From Caldisericota bacterium (GTDB taxonomy: Bacteria > Caldisericota > JANLFM01), in contig JANLFM010000006.1 in the NCBI GenBank assembly GCA_024655865.1, forward strand, positions 16,183 through 80,182: a stretch of DNA of 64,000 nt. The letters run 5' to 3'. The translations under genes and the position numbers were made by a program. Positions 28,231 to 37,951 of this stretch are shown here, piece after piece. The notes under the pieces are model-generated. The model searched no databases and was not told the origin of the DNA. It saw only the letters and a list, made by a program, of their open reading frames with translations. Numbering within the stretch: position 1 is the first letter of the stretch; each line of letters begins with the position of its first letter.

Positions 28231-30336
28231 ATGAAAATCGGCCAAAAGGTCCTTTTGAGCTTCTTCTTGATTGGGGGCATTCCCCTTATCGCCCTGGCCC
28301 TCACGGTTTATTTTTTAAACTCCCGTGTTTTCCTTGGGGCTGAAGCCCAACATCTGACAAGCTCCCTTTCCACGATGGAATCCTTCCTGAAGCAGGAGAA
28401 ATCCAGGCTGGAAACCACACTTGAGGACTATGCCCTCTGGAGCGATCACTATCAAGCTCTCCTTGAGCAGAAGGATGCTTGGATCGAGGAGAACGTTACC
28501 TCCTGGGTGCCCCAGCACTTCGGTATGGAGCTGGTGATCCTCTGGGATCGTTTTGGCAAGACAATTGGCTATGCGGGAGACCCGGCCTCTCTGGATTCTC
28601 ACATCAGGGAGCTGGCGCTGACCAAAGCTTTGGGCCAGTCTCAGTTTTTCTCAGGATTCGAGCGCTTGGGTCCTTCTTTAGCCATTTTTGCTTCCGGTCC
28701 CGTCCTTACTAACGAAGGTAAGGGGCCTCCAGCCGGGGCTCTCCTTTTTGTTCGGTGCCTGAAACCAGAGGATTTATCCTTGTTCGAAAGCGAGGGCTCT
28801 TTCCCTCTTCTTCTTGTGGGAAACGACCTTCAGGTGAGCGAAAAATATTCTCAGACCCCACAGCTTACCGAGATCAAAAGCAAGGTTGGGGAAATAACTG
28901 CTAACTCTGGTTATTTGTTCCTTTCTCAAGGAGCTATTTTAACTTCCAAAGCTCTCTTAAATCCCGAGGGAAAGGTTATCGGTTATCTGGGCTTCTTCAG
29001 CTTTGCCAGAGAAGTAGCGCAGGCCAGGGAAAACACCATAATTTTCTCCCTAATAGTGGGGTGCGGGTTCTTAGGCCTGGTCATCCTGGCCTCGGGATTT
29101 TTGTATAGGTGGCTCCTTGCCCCTCTGAACACCTTGAGTCAGGACCTCCGTAGCCTGTTTTCCGGAAAAAGGATCGAGGAGAGGAAGTGGCCTCGGGATC
29201 AGGTGGGAGCCCTGGCTAGCTCCTTGATGGAACTGTACAGAGAATCCCAGGAAGCGCGCCAGAAAGCTGAGGCAGAAAATGCCTGGTTCCGCGGGATTTT
29301 GGATTCCTCTCAGGACATTCTTTTGATTTTTGATTCTCAGGGAAGGCTCGCAGATGCCAATAAGGCGGCAGAAGTGTTTTTCTCGACTTCCAAAAAACAA
29401 TTTCTGGGCTTAGAGCCCGAAGAGGCTTTAAAGAGGTTGAACATAGAACCTGAAACTCTCAGCTCCCGGTTTTGGGATGGTTTGAAAGAGGCCTACTCCT
29501 CGGGGAAGGAGACGATATACGAAGGGTACTTTGCCGCCATGGACAAACAATTGCTGGTGAGCTTCCTGCCCCTGTTTTTGAAGAAAGAGCTCAAGGGGGT
29601 AATCCTTACCATCAAGGATATTACACCGCTCAGGAATTTAGAGTTAGAAAGGCGCACTGTGCTTGAGGGTGTGGTTCATGATCTGGGTTCTCCCATTACA
29701 TCTCTTCTTGCTGCAGTGGAGCTTATGAAAAAGGGTTGTGATTCCCCCCAAGCGATGAGTTATCTCAATGGGATGGAGAACAACCTGCTTCTTCTGAGAA
29801 ACCTGGTGCAAAATTTAATAAATTTGAACCGCCTGGAAGCTGGCATGGTTAAGCTGGAGCAAGTTCCCATTAACCTTTCTCAGTTCTTGGAAAGGATTCG
29901 CTCCATGTTCCAGCCCCTCATTCAATCCCGCAGGCTGAATCTGGCAGTTGATTGCCCTGAGGACCTTCCTCCCATTAAAGCGGACCCCACGCGCTTGGAG
30001 GAAATTTTTTCCAACCTGATCTCCAACTCCGTAAAGCATACTCCTCCTGATGGTTTAATTTTGATCAGCGCAAGGAAAATTGACGATGCAATCAAGATAC
30101 GCTTTCAGGATACAGGCTATGGAATCCCCGAAGAGGAAAGGGATTTCATTTTCCAGCGTTTCGCTCAAGGAAGAAGGGGGAAAAGGGTCGGGGGTAGCGG
30201 CCTGGGCCTCTACATCACCAAATCCTTAATGGAACTGATGGGGGGAGCGATCAAGCTCGAAAGCGAGAAAGGCAAGGGCACCGTCGTGGAGCTCACGTTC
30301 CCCCTCAGCCAGGAAAACTTTAATTCAGGCTCTTGA
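28231..30336 (+). CDS. Membrane sensor histidine kinase (periplasmic domain-HAMP-PAS-HisKA-HATPase)
   Basis: Two TM segments flank a roughly 250-aa extracytoplasmic domain. H-box (HDLGSPIT), then N and G boxes (GYGIPEEE.., GGSGLGLYITK). Divergent from the Mbh operon. Confidence 0.85.
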   Translation: MKIGQKVLLSFFLIGGIPLIALALTVYFLNSRVFLGAEAQHLTSSLSTMESFLKQEKSRLETTLEDYALWSDHYQALLEQKDAWIEENVTSWVPQHFGMELVILWDRFGKTIGYAGDPASLDSHIRELALTKALGQSQFFSGFERLGPSLAIFASGPVLTNEGKGPPAGALLFVRCLKPEDLSLFESEGSFPLLLVGNDLQVSEKYSQTPQLTEIKSKVGEITANSGYLFLSQGAILTSKALLNPEGKVIGYLGFFSFAREVAQARENTIIFSLIVGCGFLGLVILASGFLYRWLLAPLNTLSQDLRSLFSGKRIEERKWPRDQVGALASSLMELYRESQEARQKAEAENAWFRGILDSSQDILLIFDSQGRLADANKAAEVFFSTSKKQFLGLEPEEALKRLNIEPETLSSRFWDGLKEAYSSGKETIYEGYFAAMDKQLLVSFLPLFLKKELKGVILTIKDITPLRNLELERRTVLEGVVHDLGSPITSLLAAVELMKKGCDSPQAMSYLNGMENNLLLLRNLVQNLINLNRLEAGMVKLEQVPINLSQFLERIRSMFQPLIQSRRLNLAVDCPEDLPPIKADPTRLEEIFSNLISNSVKHTPPDGLILISARKIDDAIKIRFQDTGYGIPEEERDFIFQRFAQGRRGKRVGGSGLGLYITKSLMELMGGAIKLESEKGKGTVVELTFPLSQENFNSGS

Positions 30337-30348
30337 ATATAACCTGCC

Positions 30349-32673
30349 TTACCAGACAGGCCCCGTATCCACGTACTCGATCAGCTTCTCGTTACCCGTG
30401 GGCATGTGCACACCTTTGTGGGAGGCGAAGGACTCCTCCCCCCATCCGTAGAACCAGTCCGTGGGATGGCAGTCAGGGAAGTGCTGGACAACTGGCCCTT
30501 CAAGGAGTGGTCCTCTTCCCAGGGCGCGGTCGATCAGGGTTACAGTCTCAGCGCGGATGATGGGATCATCGGGGTGGAAAGTGCCGTCCGGCAGTCCCTC
30601 CACAATTCCCAAAACGTAGGCGGTCTCGATTTCCTTGATCGCCCAGTGCCCGGAGATATCCGGGAAAGGAGGAGCAGGAAGGAAGACTACTGGGTCTATG
30701 TCCCGAGCCCGAATCATGGCTACGGCTACGTTGGCACGGGTGGCGGGCTCATCGGGGCGGAAGGTGCCGTCCGGGAAGCCCGTCATAATCCCAGCCCTGT
30801 GCACCGCTTCCACATACTTGAAGCTCCAGTGACTCGGTGGGACATCCGCGTAAAATTGCTCGCCGGTTACCGTGCTCTCCAGGTGGAGCAGTCGAGCAAT
30901 AATCGCTGCGATCTCGGCCCGGGTGACGTTCCGCATGGGTCCAAAAATGTTCCCTAAATCGCCAGTGTAGCCTTTAATGTAGGCTTCGTGGATTTTACCG
31001 CCCACAATGACCACTTCGTCCTCAGACTCCACGGTCAAGGGGGGTCTTGTGGAGGTGGCTACGGCTTTATTGCGGATCAGCGTGCCGTCGGGAGTGTCCG
31101 GGTCGACCTTCACGATCAACTTTAAAAGCCGCCATTCTCCAGGGGCGAGGTTCCCCAGGTCCCAGGTGGTGATCTTCGTTGCCGAATCAAAGGTGCCTGC
31201 AGGGCCCCAGAGAGTAGCTGGGGCGTCCACAAAGGTGGTGTGGTCAGGAAGGGAATCCGTGACCTTTACGTAATAGAGGGTCTGATCCCCCTTATTTGCC
31301 ACCAGGATGAAGAAGGTAATGTTCTCCCCGGCCATCACGGTATCCGCCGTGGCCTTCTTCTGAATGGTGAGAACTGGCTTTCCGGAAGGCCCGGGAACCG
31401 TTTTCAGGGCGGAAAAAAGGATGTAGCGCCAGAGAACCGCCACCGTGGCCGGGAGCTGTTCCCGATAACCCAAAACGGGAACCGGCGAACCCGATACCGC
31501 TCCGGTAGCGTTGATCCCCGAAACAAAGAACTGATAAGTAGCCCCAACCGGTGGGGAGGGGTTCATCAGGTAGACCACGAGCAGGTATTTTGGTTCTCCC
31601 AATTTGATCAAAAGCCCAGGTGCAGGGAAGGTAAAGGTAATTGAGCCGTTGTCCGAGGGGTAGGTCCCAGAAGCCAGAACGGGCTCTGTGCCGTCGTAAA
31701 GAGCGTCCTGATTGGTATCCTCAATTAAAAGCACATTGGCAATGTCGGTCTGGTCATTGCCGGTGCCGGTGGCGGTGATGGTCAGGTCGTTCAAATAAAC
31801 ATTTTCAGGAATAACGTCCTGGGATTGTTCCTCGTCAGCAGTGAGCACAAGCTCCATCATCTCGTTAAACTTGTCTCCCGGATCATAGTTATGATCGGGC
31901 GGGGAATTCTCGCTCTCGAAGATGAGCAGCCGGCCGCGGGGGGCGCCCCAGCAGTCCGAGGGAACCATATTTCCCCAGGTATTGGGAATCATCCAGTCAG
32001 CTTTTGTCGCGCTCGCAGGGGGCCAGTAATAGTAAATGGGTTTGCCGTCGGGATCCATTGCTACAGCATCAAAGAGGCAGCCCTTGGGGGAGGGATCGCA
32101 GATTTCAATCCCTAAAAAGTCATAGGGAATAGCCATCTCCACAAGCCAGTATTCCGTGCCTGAGGTGCTGATTGCCCCTGAGAACCCGGGGGGTTCGGAG
32201 ATCGTTTGCCAGCCAGTTCCTGTTCCTGTGGCGAAGATAAAGGGTGTTTCTCCCGCTGGATATTGTTGCCTGATGATGATTTGTCGGTCGTCAGTCTGGG
32301 GTTTGGAACCTAAATTGTGCAGGGAGCACCATTCAAAACTTAACGGGTGGTATATACTTGGAACGGCGTAGTACAGATAAAGTCGCCCCCCGCCGGGATA
32401 ATCCCCGGGGATGGCCTTCATGTAGACCGCTATTTGCGGCCCACCATCTATACCGAAGGAAATGTGATTGGCATCAGACCACTCATCTCTGGGAGCAAGC
32501 TGGCCGTCGATTTTGGGCGTGGTGCCAAAATCTGCGGAACAGGTCCATTCCTCGTTGTGCCCGGATGTGGAAGAGGGCAGATAGGCGAAGGAAATCAGAG
32601 AGAAAACGAGCAACCAGCTCAGGACCACCTTCAATTTTCCCAACATAAATTTACACCTCCTCATTTCTTGCAA
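30349..32673 (-). CDS. Large surface protein with a DUF11/CARDB-like region and three C-terminal SLH domains
   Basis: Signal peptide. C-terminal SLH repeats (..TGFPDGTFRPDEPATRANVAV.., ..EGLPDGTFHPDDPIIRAE..). Confidence 0.8.
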   Translation of the reverse strand: MQEMRRCKFMLGKLKVVLSWLLVFSLISFAYLPSSTSGHNEEWTCSADFGTTPKIDGQLAPRDEWSDANHISFGIDGGPQIAVYMKAIPGDYPGGGRLYLYYAVPSIYHPLSFEWCSLHNLGSKPQTDDRQIIIRQQYPAGETPFIFATGTGTGWQTISEPPGFSGAISTSGTEYWLVEMAIPYDFLGIEICDPSPKGCLFDAVAMDPDGKPIYYYWPPASATKADWMIPNTWGNMVPSDCWGAPRGRLLIFESENSPPDHNYDPGDKFNEMMELVLTADEEQSQDVIPENVYLNDLTITATGTGNDQTDIANVLLIEDTNQDALYDGTEPVLASGTYPSDNGSITFTFPAPGLLIKLGEPKYLLVVYLMNPSPPVGATYQFFVSGINATGAVSGSPVPVLGYREQLPATVAVLWRYILFSALKTVPGPSGKPVLTIQKKATADTVMAGENITFFILVANKGDQTLYYVKVTDSLPDHTTFVDAPATLWGPAGTFDSATKITTWDLGNLAPGEWRLLKLIVKVDPDTPDGTLIRNKAVATSTRPPLTVESEDEVVIVGGKIHEAYIKGYTGDLGNIFGPMRNVTRAEIAAIIARLLHLESTVTGEQFYADVPPSHWSFKYVEAVHRAGIMTGFPDGTFRPDEPATRANVAVAMIRARDIDPVVFLPAPPFPDISGHWAIKEIETAYVLGIVEGLPDGTFHPDDPIIRAETVTLIDRALGRGPLLEGPVVQHFPDCHPTDWFYGWGEESFASHKGVHMPTGNEKLIEYVDTGPVW

Positions 32674-32750
32674 TTTGATTTCTTAGCAGGATGTAATTGG
32701 TTAATCTTTCCCCCAGATTATAAGCTATTTAAACTCACAAAGAAATTATT

Positions 32751-33857
32751 TTAAAAATTTAAAAATTTTCCGTTCTCGTAGATCACCTTTCCGTCCGCTT
32801 TCACCCTTGAGCCGTTCTTCATCTCCCGCACTATATCCCAGTGGATGGCTGACTCGTTCACTCCTCCAGATTCCGAATAGGAGTTCCCCAAAGCGAGATG
32901 CACGGTGCCCCCGATCTTTTCGTCGAAAAGGACGTTTTTGGTGCAGATCTGGATGCCGAAGTTCGTGCCGAAGGAGATTTCGCCGATCCTCCTGGCCCCG
33001 GGATCAATTTCCAAAGCGGCTTTTAGGCTCTCCTCTCCCTTTTCTGCAGAAAATTTCACCACTTCCCCGCGCTCGAACTCCAGGCGTATTCCCTCCACGG
33101 GCTTCCCGTAGAACTCGCTGGGGTATTCAAAGTAAATAAATCCCTCGGCGGAATCCTCAATTGGTCCCGTGAAGATCTCCCCGTCCGGCATATTGATTTT
33201 GCCGTCGCAGTTGATCCACTTTCTTCCTTTGACCTTCATCCTCAAGTCGAGATTGGGGCCCTCAAAGTGCAGCTCCTCCACCTGACCTAAGAACTCGGCC
33301 AAACGCTCCTGCTCCTCGTGCACTTTCTTCCAGTAGCCCACGGGATCATTTTCGTCGGGCATGCAGGCCTGGAACACGAACTCCTGATAATCGGAGAGGG
33401 ACATCCCGGCCTCCTGGGCCAGAGCATTCGTGGGGTAATCAAAGCCCACCCATTTGATGCCCCCTTCCTCCCTGGACTTCATGAACCTCTTCATAAGTGG
33501 TTCCAGAACCTTGCGCCTTCTTGCAATCCTTTTGGGATCAATGCCTGCAAGCTCCCTCAAATTTGCCGGGGCTCCGATCCCGATTTGGACGTCGAGGTGC
33601 TCTATTTCGAATTTTCTGATCTCCGAAACGAAATCCAGTTGCTCCAAAGTTGCGTAGCGGAAGAAGATCTCGTCCAGCCCGTCCAGTCCCAGGCGCAACA
33701 GGGGATGGCCTCCGTGGAGGAGAACCTCCCTGTAGATTGCGCGCACCAGGTCCGCGGCTTCAAGGGTAGAGTTAATGACCACAACCTCTCCTGGTTTTAC
33801 TTCTACGGAATAATCCACAAGTAATTGAGCCAACTTATCAATTCTGGGGTCGCTCAT
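32751..33857 (-). CDS. M29-family aminopeptidase (AmpS/PepS-like)
   Basis: Overall similarity to thermophilic aminopeptidase T/S, including 'ESGGVNESAIHWDIV'. It overlaps the upstream protease gene by 20 nt. Confidence 0.7.
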   Translation of the reverse strand: MSDPRIDKLAQLLVDYSVEVKPGEVVVINSTLEAADLVRAIYREVLLHGGHPLLRLGLDGLDEIFFRYATLEQLDFVSEIRKFEIEHLDVQIGIGAPANLRELAGIDPKRIARRRKVLEPLMKRFMKSREEGGIKWVGFDYPTNALAQEAGMSLSDYQEFVFQACMPDENDPVGYWKKVHEEQERLAEFLGQVEELHFEGPNLDLRMKVKGRKWINCDGKINMPDGEIFTGPIEDSAEGFIYFEYPSEFYGKPVEGIRLEFERGEVVKFSAEKGEESLKAALEIDPGARRIGEISFGTNFGIQICTKNVLFDEKIGGTVHLALGNSYSESGGVNESAIHWDIVREMKNGSRVKADGKVIYENGKFLNF

Positions 33858-34293
33858 TCTCTTCCTCTCTTTCTTGCACTTCTTTTATCAGGTTTTCCAG
33901 TATTTTAATTCCCTTTTCGGCAGAAGCCAGGGCTTCGGGTGAGAGACCCTCGCCAAAATCAAAATTGTACCCTCTTAGAGAAAGAAGAAAGGCTCGAGGT
34001 CGGCGATGATAGAGTTCCTCGAGCCAGAACAGGAATTGCTCCGGAAGGAGGTGGTGGGAAAGGAAGGAGGGCTTATTTTCCGGGAAAATTTCCCTCACCC
34101 GCACTTCCTCCCCTTCCAAAGCCGCATCTACGAATACGGCATAATCACAAAGCGCCAATTCCTCAAGGAGGTCTAAAGAAAGCTCCTGGAGGAACAACTT
34201 CTGGGCGGAAATTTCCGCTTTCTGGACGACATAATGGCCGATCCCGTCGTCCTGGCGATAAGGATTGCCGTAGGCGATTAAAAGGAGCCTAAT
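33838..34293 (-). CDS. Hydrogenase maturation endopeptidase (HoxW/FrhD-like), extended 5' of the track ORF
   Basis: The track ORF is 119 aa and starts at a TTG. The same frame is open 47 codons further upstream and encodes 'LLLIAYGNPYRQDDGIGHYVV', the conserved GxGNxxxxDDGxG metal-binding motif. No ATG, GTG or TTG lies in that stretch. The nearest plausible start is an ATT that overlaps the TAG stop of the large-subunit gene. Confidence 0.7.
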   Translation of the reverse strand: MRLLLIAYGNPYRQDDGIGHYVVQKAEISAQKLFLQELSLDLLEELALCDYAVFVDAALEGEEVRVREIFPENKPSFLSHHLLPEQFLFWLEELYHRRPRAFLLSLRGYNFDFGEGLSPEALASAEKGIKILENLIKEVQEREEENERPQN

Positions 34294-35713
34294 CTCTTTG
34301 AATCCTTTTTTCCAGTTTCCCCTCCTGGTTGTAGATTTCTACGATCAGGGGCATCTTCCCCACAGCATGAGTGGAGCAGGAGAGGCAGGGATCGTAACAG
34401 CGGATAGCTCCTTCCACGCGGTTGAGCATCCCTTCCTTGAGGTTTTTGCCGTCCACGAATCCCCTGGCCACGAGGTCCACAGCTTTGCTCATAGCCCAGT
34501 TGTTGTGCCCGGTAGCCACGATCAGGTTGGATTTCTTCATGGTCCCAGTTCCGTCCACCCAGTAATGGTGAATCAGGGTCCCCCGGGGTGCCTCGATCAC
34601 GCCGATCCCTTCCTCGTTTTTGGGGGTGCCGAAAGTGAAGACGTCCTGAGAAAGAATGTCGGGGTCTTTCAGGATCTCTATAGCACGCTCGGCGGCATAG
34701 AGGGTCTCAATCAAGCGCGCATAGTGGTAGTAAAGCGAGCTCTCCACGGGTTTTCCCCCGTTCACCTTTTTGAACTCCAGGAACTCCTTATGAGCCAGAG
34801 GAGTGGAGATGGAGTCCGCCACATTCAGGCGCCCCAGCGGTCCCACGCGGTAGAAACCCTCTTCCGGACCGAGCTCTTTGAAGAATGGGAACTTGAGGTA
34901 GGTCCAGTCTTCAACTTTCTCCCCGATGTATTTCAGGTAATCTTTGCCCTCGAACTCCCTGACGATCTTTCCCTCCTTATCCATGAAGCGCACAATGCCG
35001 TCATAGAGCTCTAAGGAACCGTCCTTTTTCACAAGCCCCATATACCCGGAGGGGAAGGAAGCAAATTGATTGCACTCCTCCTTGTGCTCGGAAATCCACT
35101 TTTTGGCGATCTCGATTCCCTCCTGAATGTACGGGATTCCCTCCTCCAGGAAAGAGAGCATCTCATCCCTGCGAGCTTCATCGAGGGCGGCGTTCACCCC
35201 TCCGGGAACGGCGAAGGTGGGGTGGATCCTTCTTCCCGCCGTAAGCTCAATGATTCTCTGCCCAAATTTGCGCAGCTTCACGGCCTTTAAGGCTATATCC
35301 GGGTTAGCCTGAATCAGCCCCACCACATTGCGCACGGCGGGGTCCGCATCCCACCCCAAAAGGAGGTCCGGGCCAGCCAGCTCAAAGAAGTGCATGGCGT
35401 GGGACTGGACAATCTGTCCCATGTGGACAAGCTCTCGCAGAAGTTTGGCCGGCCTGGGAATGTCCACGCCGATGACGGCGTCGCAGGCTTTGGCCGAGGC
35501 TAAATGGTGAGAGATGGGGCAGATGCCGCAGATGCGCTCGGTGATCATGGGCATCTCCGAGAAGGGCCTGCCCTCGGTGAATTTTTCATAACCGCGGTAC
35601 TGATCCACGTGGAAGTAGGTCTTTTCCACCTTTCCCTGATCGTCCAGGAAGATGGAAACCCTGGCGTGACCTTCAATTCTGGTAACTGGATTTATCGTAA
35701 TTTTTTCTCCCAT
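34289..35713 (-). CDS. Group-3 [NiFe] hydrogenase large subunit (HoxH/MvhA-like)
   Basis: N-terminal RICGICPISHHLA (L1) and C-terminal DPCLSCSTH (L2). A 24-aa tail after the His is the protease substrate. Confidence 0.9.
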   Translation of the reverse strand: MGEKITINPVTRIEGHARVSIFLDDQGKVEKTYFHVDQYRGYEKFTEGRPFSEMPMITERICGICPISHHLASAKACDAVIGVDIPRPAKLLRELVHMGQIVQSHAMHFFELAGPDLLLGWDADPAVRNVVGLIQANPDIALKAVKLRKFGQRIIELTAGRRIHPTFAVPGGVNAALDEARRDEMLSFLEEGIPYIQEGIEIAKKWISEHKEECNQFASFPSGYMGLVKKDGSLELYDGIVRFMDKEGKIVREFEGKDYLKYIGEKVEDWTYLKFPFFKELGPEEGFYRVGPLGRLNVADSISTPLAHKEFLEFKKVNGGKPVESSLYYHYARLIETLYAAERAIEILKDPDILSQDVFTFGTPKNEEGIGVIEAPRGTLIHHYWVDGTGTMKKSNLIVATGHNNWAMSKAVDLVARGFVDGKNLKEGMLNRVEGAIRCYDPCLSCSTHAVGKMPLIVEIYNQEGKLEKRIQRD

Positions 35714-35721
35714 AGTTCCTC

Positions 35722-36264
35722 CTAATCGTACTTCAGAAGCTCTTCTTTGAGCTCTGGGGTTTTCCCCTCCAGGATATCCTTGAGCACTTTATAGATAGCG
35801 TCCGCCGAGGGAGGGCAACCGGGAATGTAGAAGTCCACCTTTACCACTTCGTTCAGGGCCATGCACTTCTTGAGGTGTTTGCCAATTCCCGGACCCTGGG
35901 GGATCTTTCCCTCCACCGTGCTCTCAGTGTTTACATATCCTCTTTTTAAAAGCTCCTCGATGGGAATGTAGTTTCTCATGGTGTTGATCCCGCCGAAGAC
36001 CGCACAGTCCCCTAAAGCAACCAGGATCTTGCAGCGCTCGCGGAAGAGTTTCGCTACCTCCTCGTGGTGGTCGGTGGCCACTGCTCCCTCGAGCACCCCG
36101 ATATCCGTTCCGAAAGCGGGGACCTTAAGGTCGGTTATAGGTGTGGCGGTGATCACCAACCCCTCATTGATCAGCTCCACTAATCGCTCATCCATATCTA
36201 AGAGGGACATGTGGCAACCCGCACACCCCTCTAACCAGTCGCTCGCTAAGGTTATCTTCTTCAT
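35722..36264 (-). CDS. Group-3 [NiFe] hydrogenase small subunit (HoxY-like), proximal cluster only
   Basis: 180 aa carrying the GCAGC, GDCA and GCPP cysteine motifs. Confidence 0.85.
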   Translation of the reverse strand: MKKITLASDWLEGCAGCHMSLLDMDERLVELINEGLVITATPITDLKVPAFGTDIGVLEGAVATDHHEEVAKLFRERCKILVALGDCAVFGGINTMRNYIPIEELLKRGYVNTESTVEGKIPQGPGIGKHLKKCMALNEVVKVDFYIPGCPPSADAIYKVLKDILEGKTPELKEELLKYD

Positions 36265-36286
36265 GGCGTTCCTCCTGACCTTTGCC

Positions 36287-37939
36287 TTAAATTTTTAGAA
36301 GCCGAGAGGAGATCTCTTCCACGGTCAAGACACCCTCGGCAGGGGTAACTACTCTCTGGCGCACAACTTTTTTACCCTCTAAGGTGATAAAGGTTCCCTC
36401 ATCCTCCAGATACCAGGTAATGGGGATTAACAGGTCGGCTACGGATTTGAGTTCCGGGGTTTCAAAGGGAGTAAAGGCAACGATAAAATCCCCTGGGGAA
36501 CGGGCGGAGGAAATGTTTTCCCCGACATAAATTTTCACTTTTTCCTGGGGTACTTTATGTTCGATCCCCAACTCCTTAAGGGCCATAGTGTTAGCCTCGT
36601 AGGGTAAAAAGAGATATTTGAAGCCGGATTCGGTCTCTAATCTCTCACTGATCCCCTCGGGGAGGGAAGAGTAAACGGCAACAACCTTTTCCCCTTTTCT
36701 GGCCTCTCCCAGAGCGGTATCAATGTCTTTATATTCGTAAGAGAAATCCGTAATTCCAGAGAGGCTACCCGCTTCCACAGCAATCAGCCTGGCGTTCTGG
36801 GGGACGACCCTGCGCTTGATCATGGAGCCCACGACCCCGTAGCGCTCGTTCAAATCCACGCCCACTACGAGGTAGGTATCTGCATCCTCCAGGTCCTTTA
36901 AAGTGGCCGTTGATGGGATGGGAGGATTAACCTCGTTCAGAGCGAAAACCCTGTCTCCCAAAGCCGACTTAAAGGCTTGAAGGAGCTCCAGTGGCAGGCT
37001 CCCCTCCAAAAATACCGTTGCCGCTCCCTTTTTCTCGCTGATCACTTTGAAAGCCATCTCGGGGGAAATCTGGGTCCAGATTCCTCCTTCCTTTAACTTA
37101 GGAGCGTTGAGGCGGGGCCGGTCTTCATAAAGGGGAAGGTAGCGTCCGTTCTTGCACAACACTCCCTGGTTAATCGGTGAATCCCAATCCCCGTAAACCT
37201 TCAAAATGAAGTTCGCCCGCCTGTAAACCTCGATGCCGCAACCCACGGGGCAGCGATCGCAATTCGTCTTGATGACCTCCGCTTGCTCTTTCCTTCCCAG
37301 GTAGGAAGCCCTTTTATCCACCAGCGCTCCGGTGGGACAGACCTGGACACACAGTCCACAGGAAACGCAGGAAGACTGAGCAAACTGGTTATTCAGATCA
37401 ATGTTGATCAGGCTCTGGTAACCCCGGTTCTTTACTTCCAGCACGAAATGTCCCCCAAGTTCAGCGCAAGCCCGAGCGCAACGGCGGCAGAGCACGCAGC
37501 GGTTCTGATCTAGAAGGATGTACGGGTGAGAGACATCTACAGGATACTTATCCTCATAGGGAGGGAATTCAAAATGATCCAGACCGAATTTATATCCCAG
37601 GTCCTGGAGCTCGCAGTTTCCGCTGGACTCGCAGTACATGCAGTAGTGGTTGCGCTCCCCGAAAAGGAGCTGGAGTACCGTCATCCTCACTTCCTGGATT
37701 TCCGGAGTGGAGGTCTTTACTTCCATCCCGTCCGTAACATAGGTGGCGCAAGCCGGCTTCAAGGCTCCAGGTCCAGCTTCCACCACACACATGCGGCAGG
37801 CTCCATAGGGAAGTAACTTTTCGTGGTAACAAAGGGTGGGAATTTCAATACCCGCTTCCTTCGCCGCTTCCAGTATGGTCTTACCTTCTTCTACTTCAAT
37901 TTCTTTTCCGTCTATTTTCAGTCTCACTTTTCCCATCAT
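36287..37939 (-). CDS. NuoG/HoxU-like FeS subunit with a truncated molybdopterin-type domain
   Basis: 2Fe-2S motif (CYHEKLLPYGACRMC). His-ligated cluster (HYCMYCESSGNC). Two 4Fe-4S motifs (CVLCRRCARAC, CVSCGLCVQVCP). An MopB-type N-terminal cluster (CDRCPVGCGIE) follows. Confidence 0.8.
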   Translation of the reverse strand: MMGKVRLKIDGKEIEVEEGKTILEAAKEAGIEIPTLCYHEKLLPYGACRMCVVEAGPGALKPACATYVTDGMEVKTSTPEIQEVRMTVLQLLFGERNHYCMYCESSGNCELQDLGYKFGLDHFEFPPYEDKYPVDVSHPYILLDQNRCVLCRRCARACAELGGHFVLEVKNRGYQSLINIDLNNQFAQSSCVSCGLCVQVCPTGALVDKRASYLGRKEQAEVIKTNCDRCPVGCGIEVYRRANFILKVYGDWDSPINQGVLCKNGRYLPLYEDRPRLNAPKLKEGGIWTQISPEMAFKVISEKKGAATVFLEGSLPLELLQAFKSALGDRVFALNEVNPPIPSTATLKDLEDADTYLVVGVDLNERYGVVGSMIKRRVVPQNARLIAVEAGSLSGITDFSYEYKDIDTALGEARKGEKVVAVYSSLPEGISERLETESGFKYLFLPYEANTMALKELGIEHKVPQEKVKIYVGENISSARSPGDFIVAFTPFETPELKSVADLLIPITWYLEDEGTFITLEGKKVVRQRVVTPAEGVLTVEEISSRLLKI

Positions 37940-37951
37940 TTACCTCCTGAA

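Noticed and set aside
34298-35014. 238-aa plus-strand ORF and similar long antisense ORFs (e.g. 30406..30957, 40172..40669, 61989..62861, 13067..13510)
   Set aside because: They lie entirely antisense to well-supported genes with clear motifs. These are typical GC-rich shadow ORFs.
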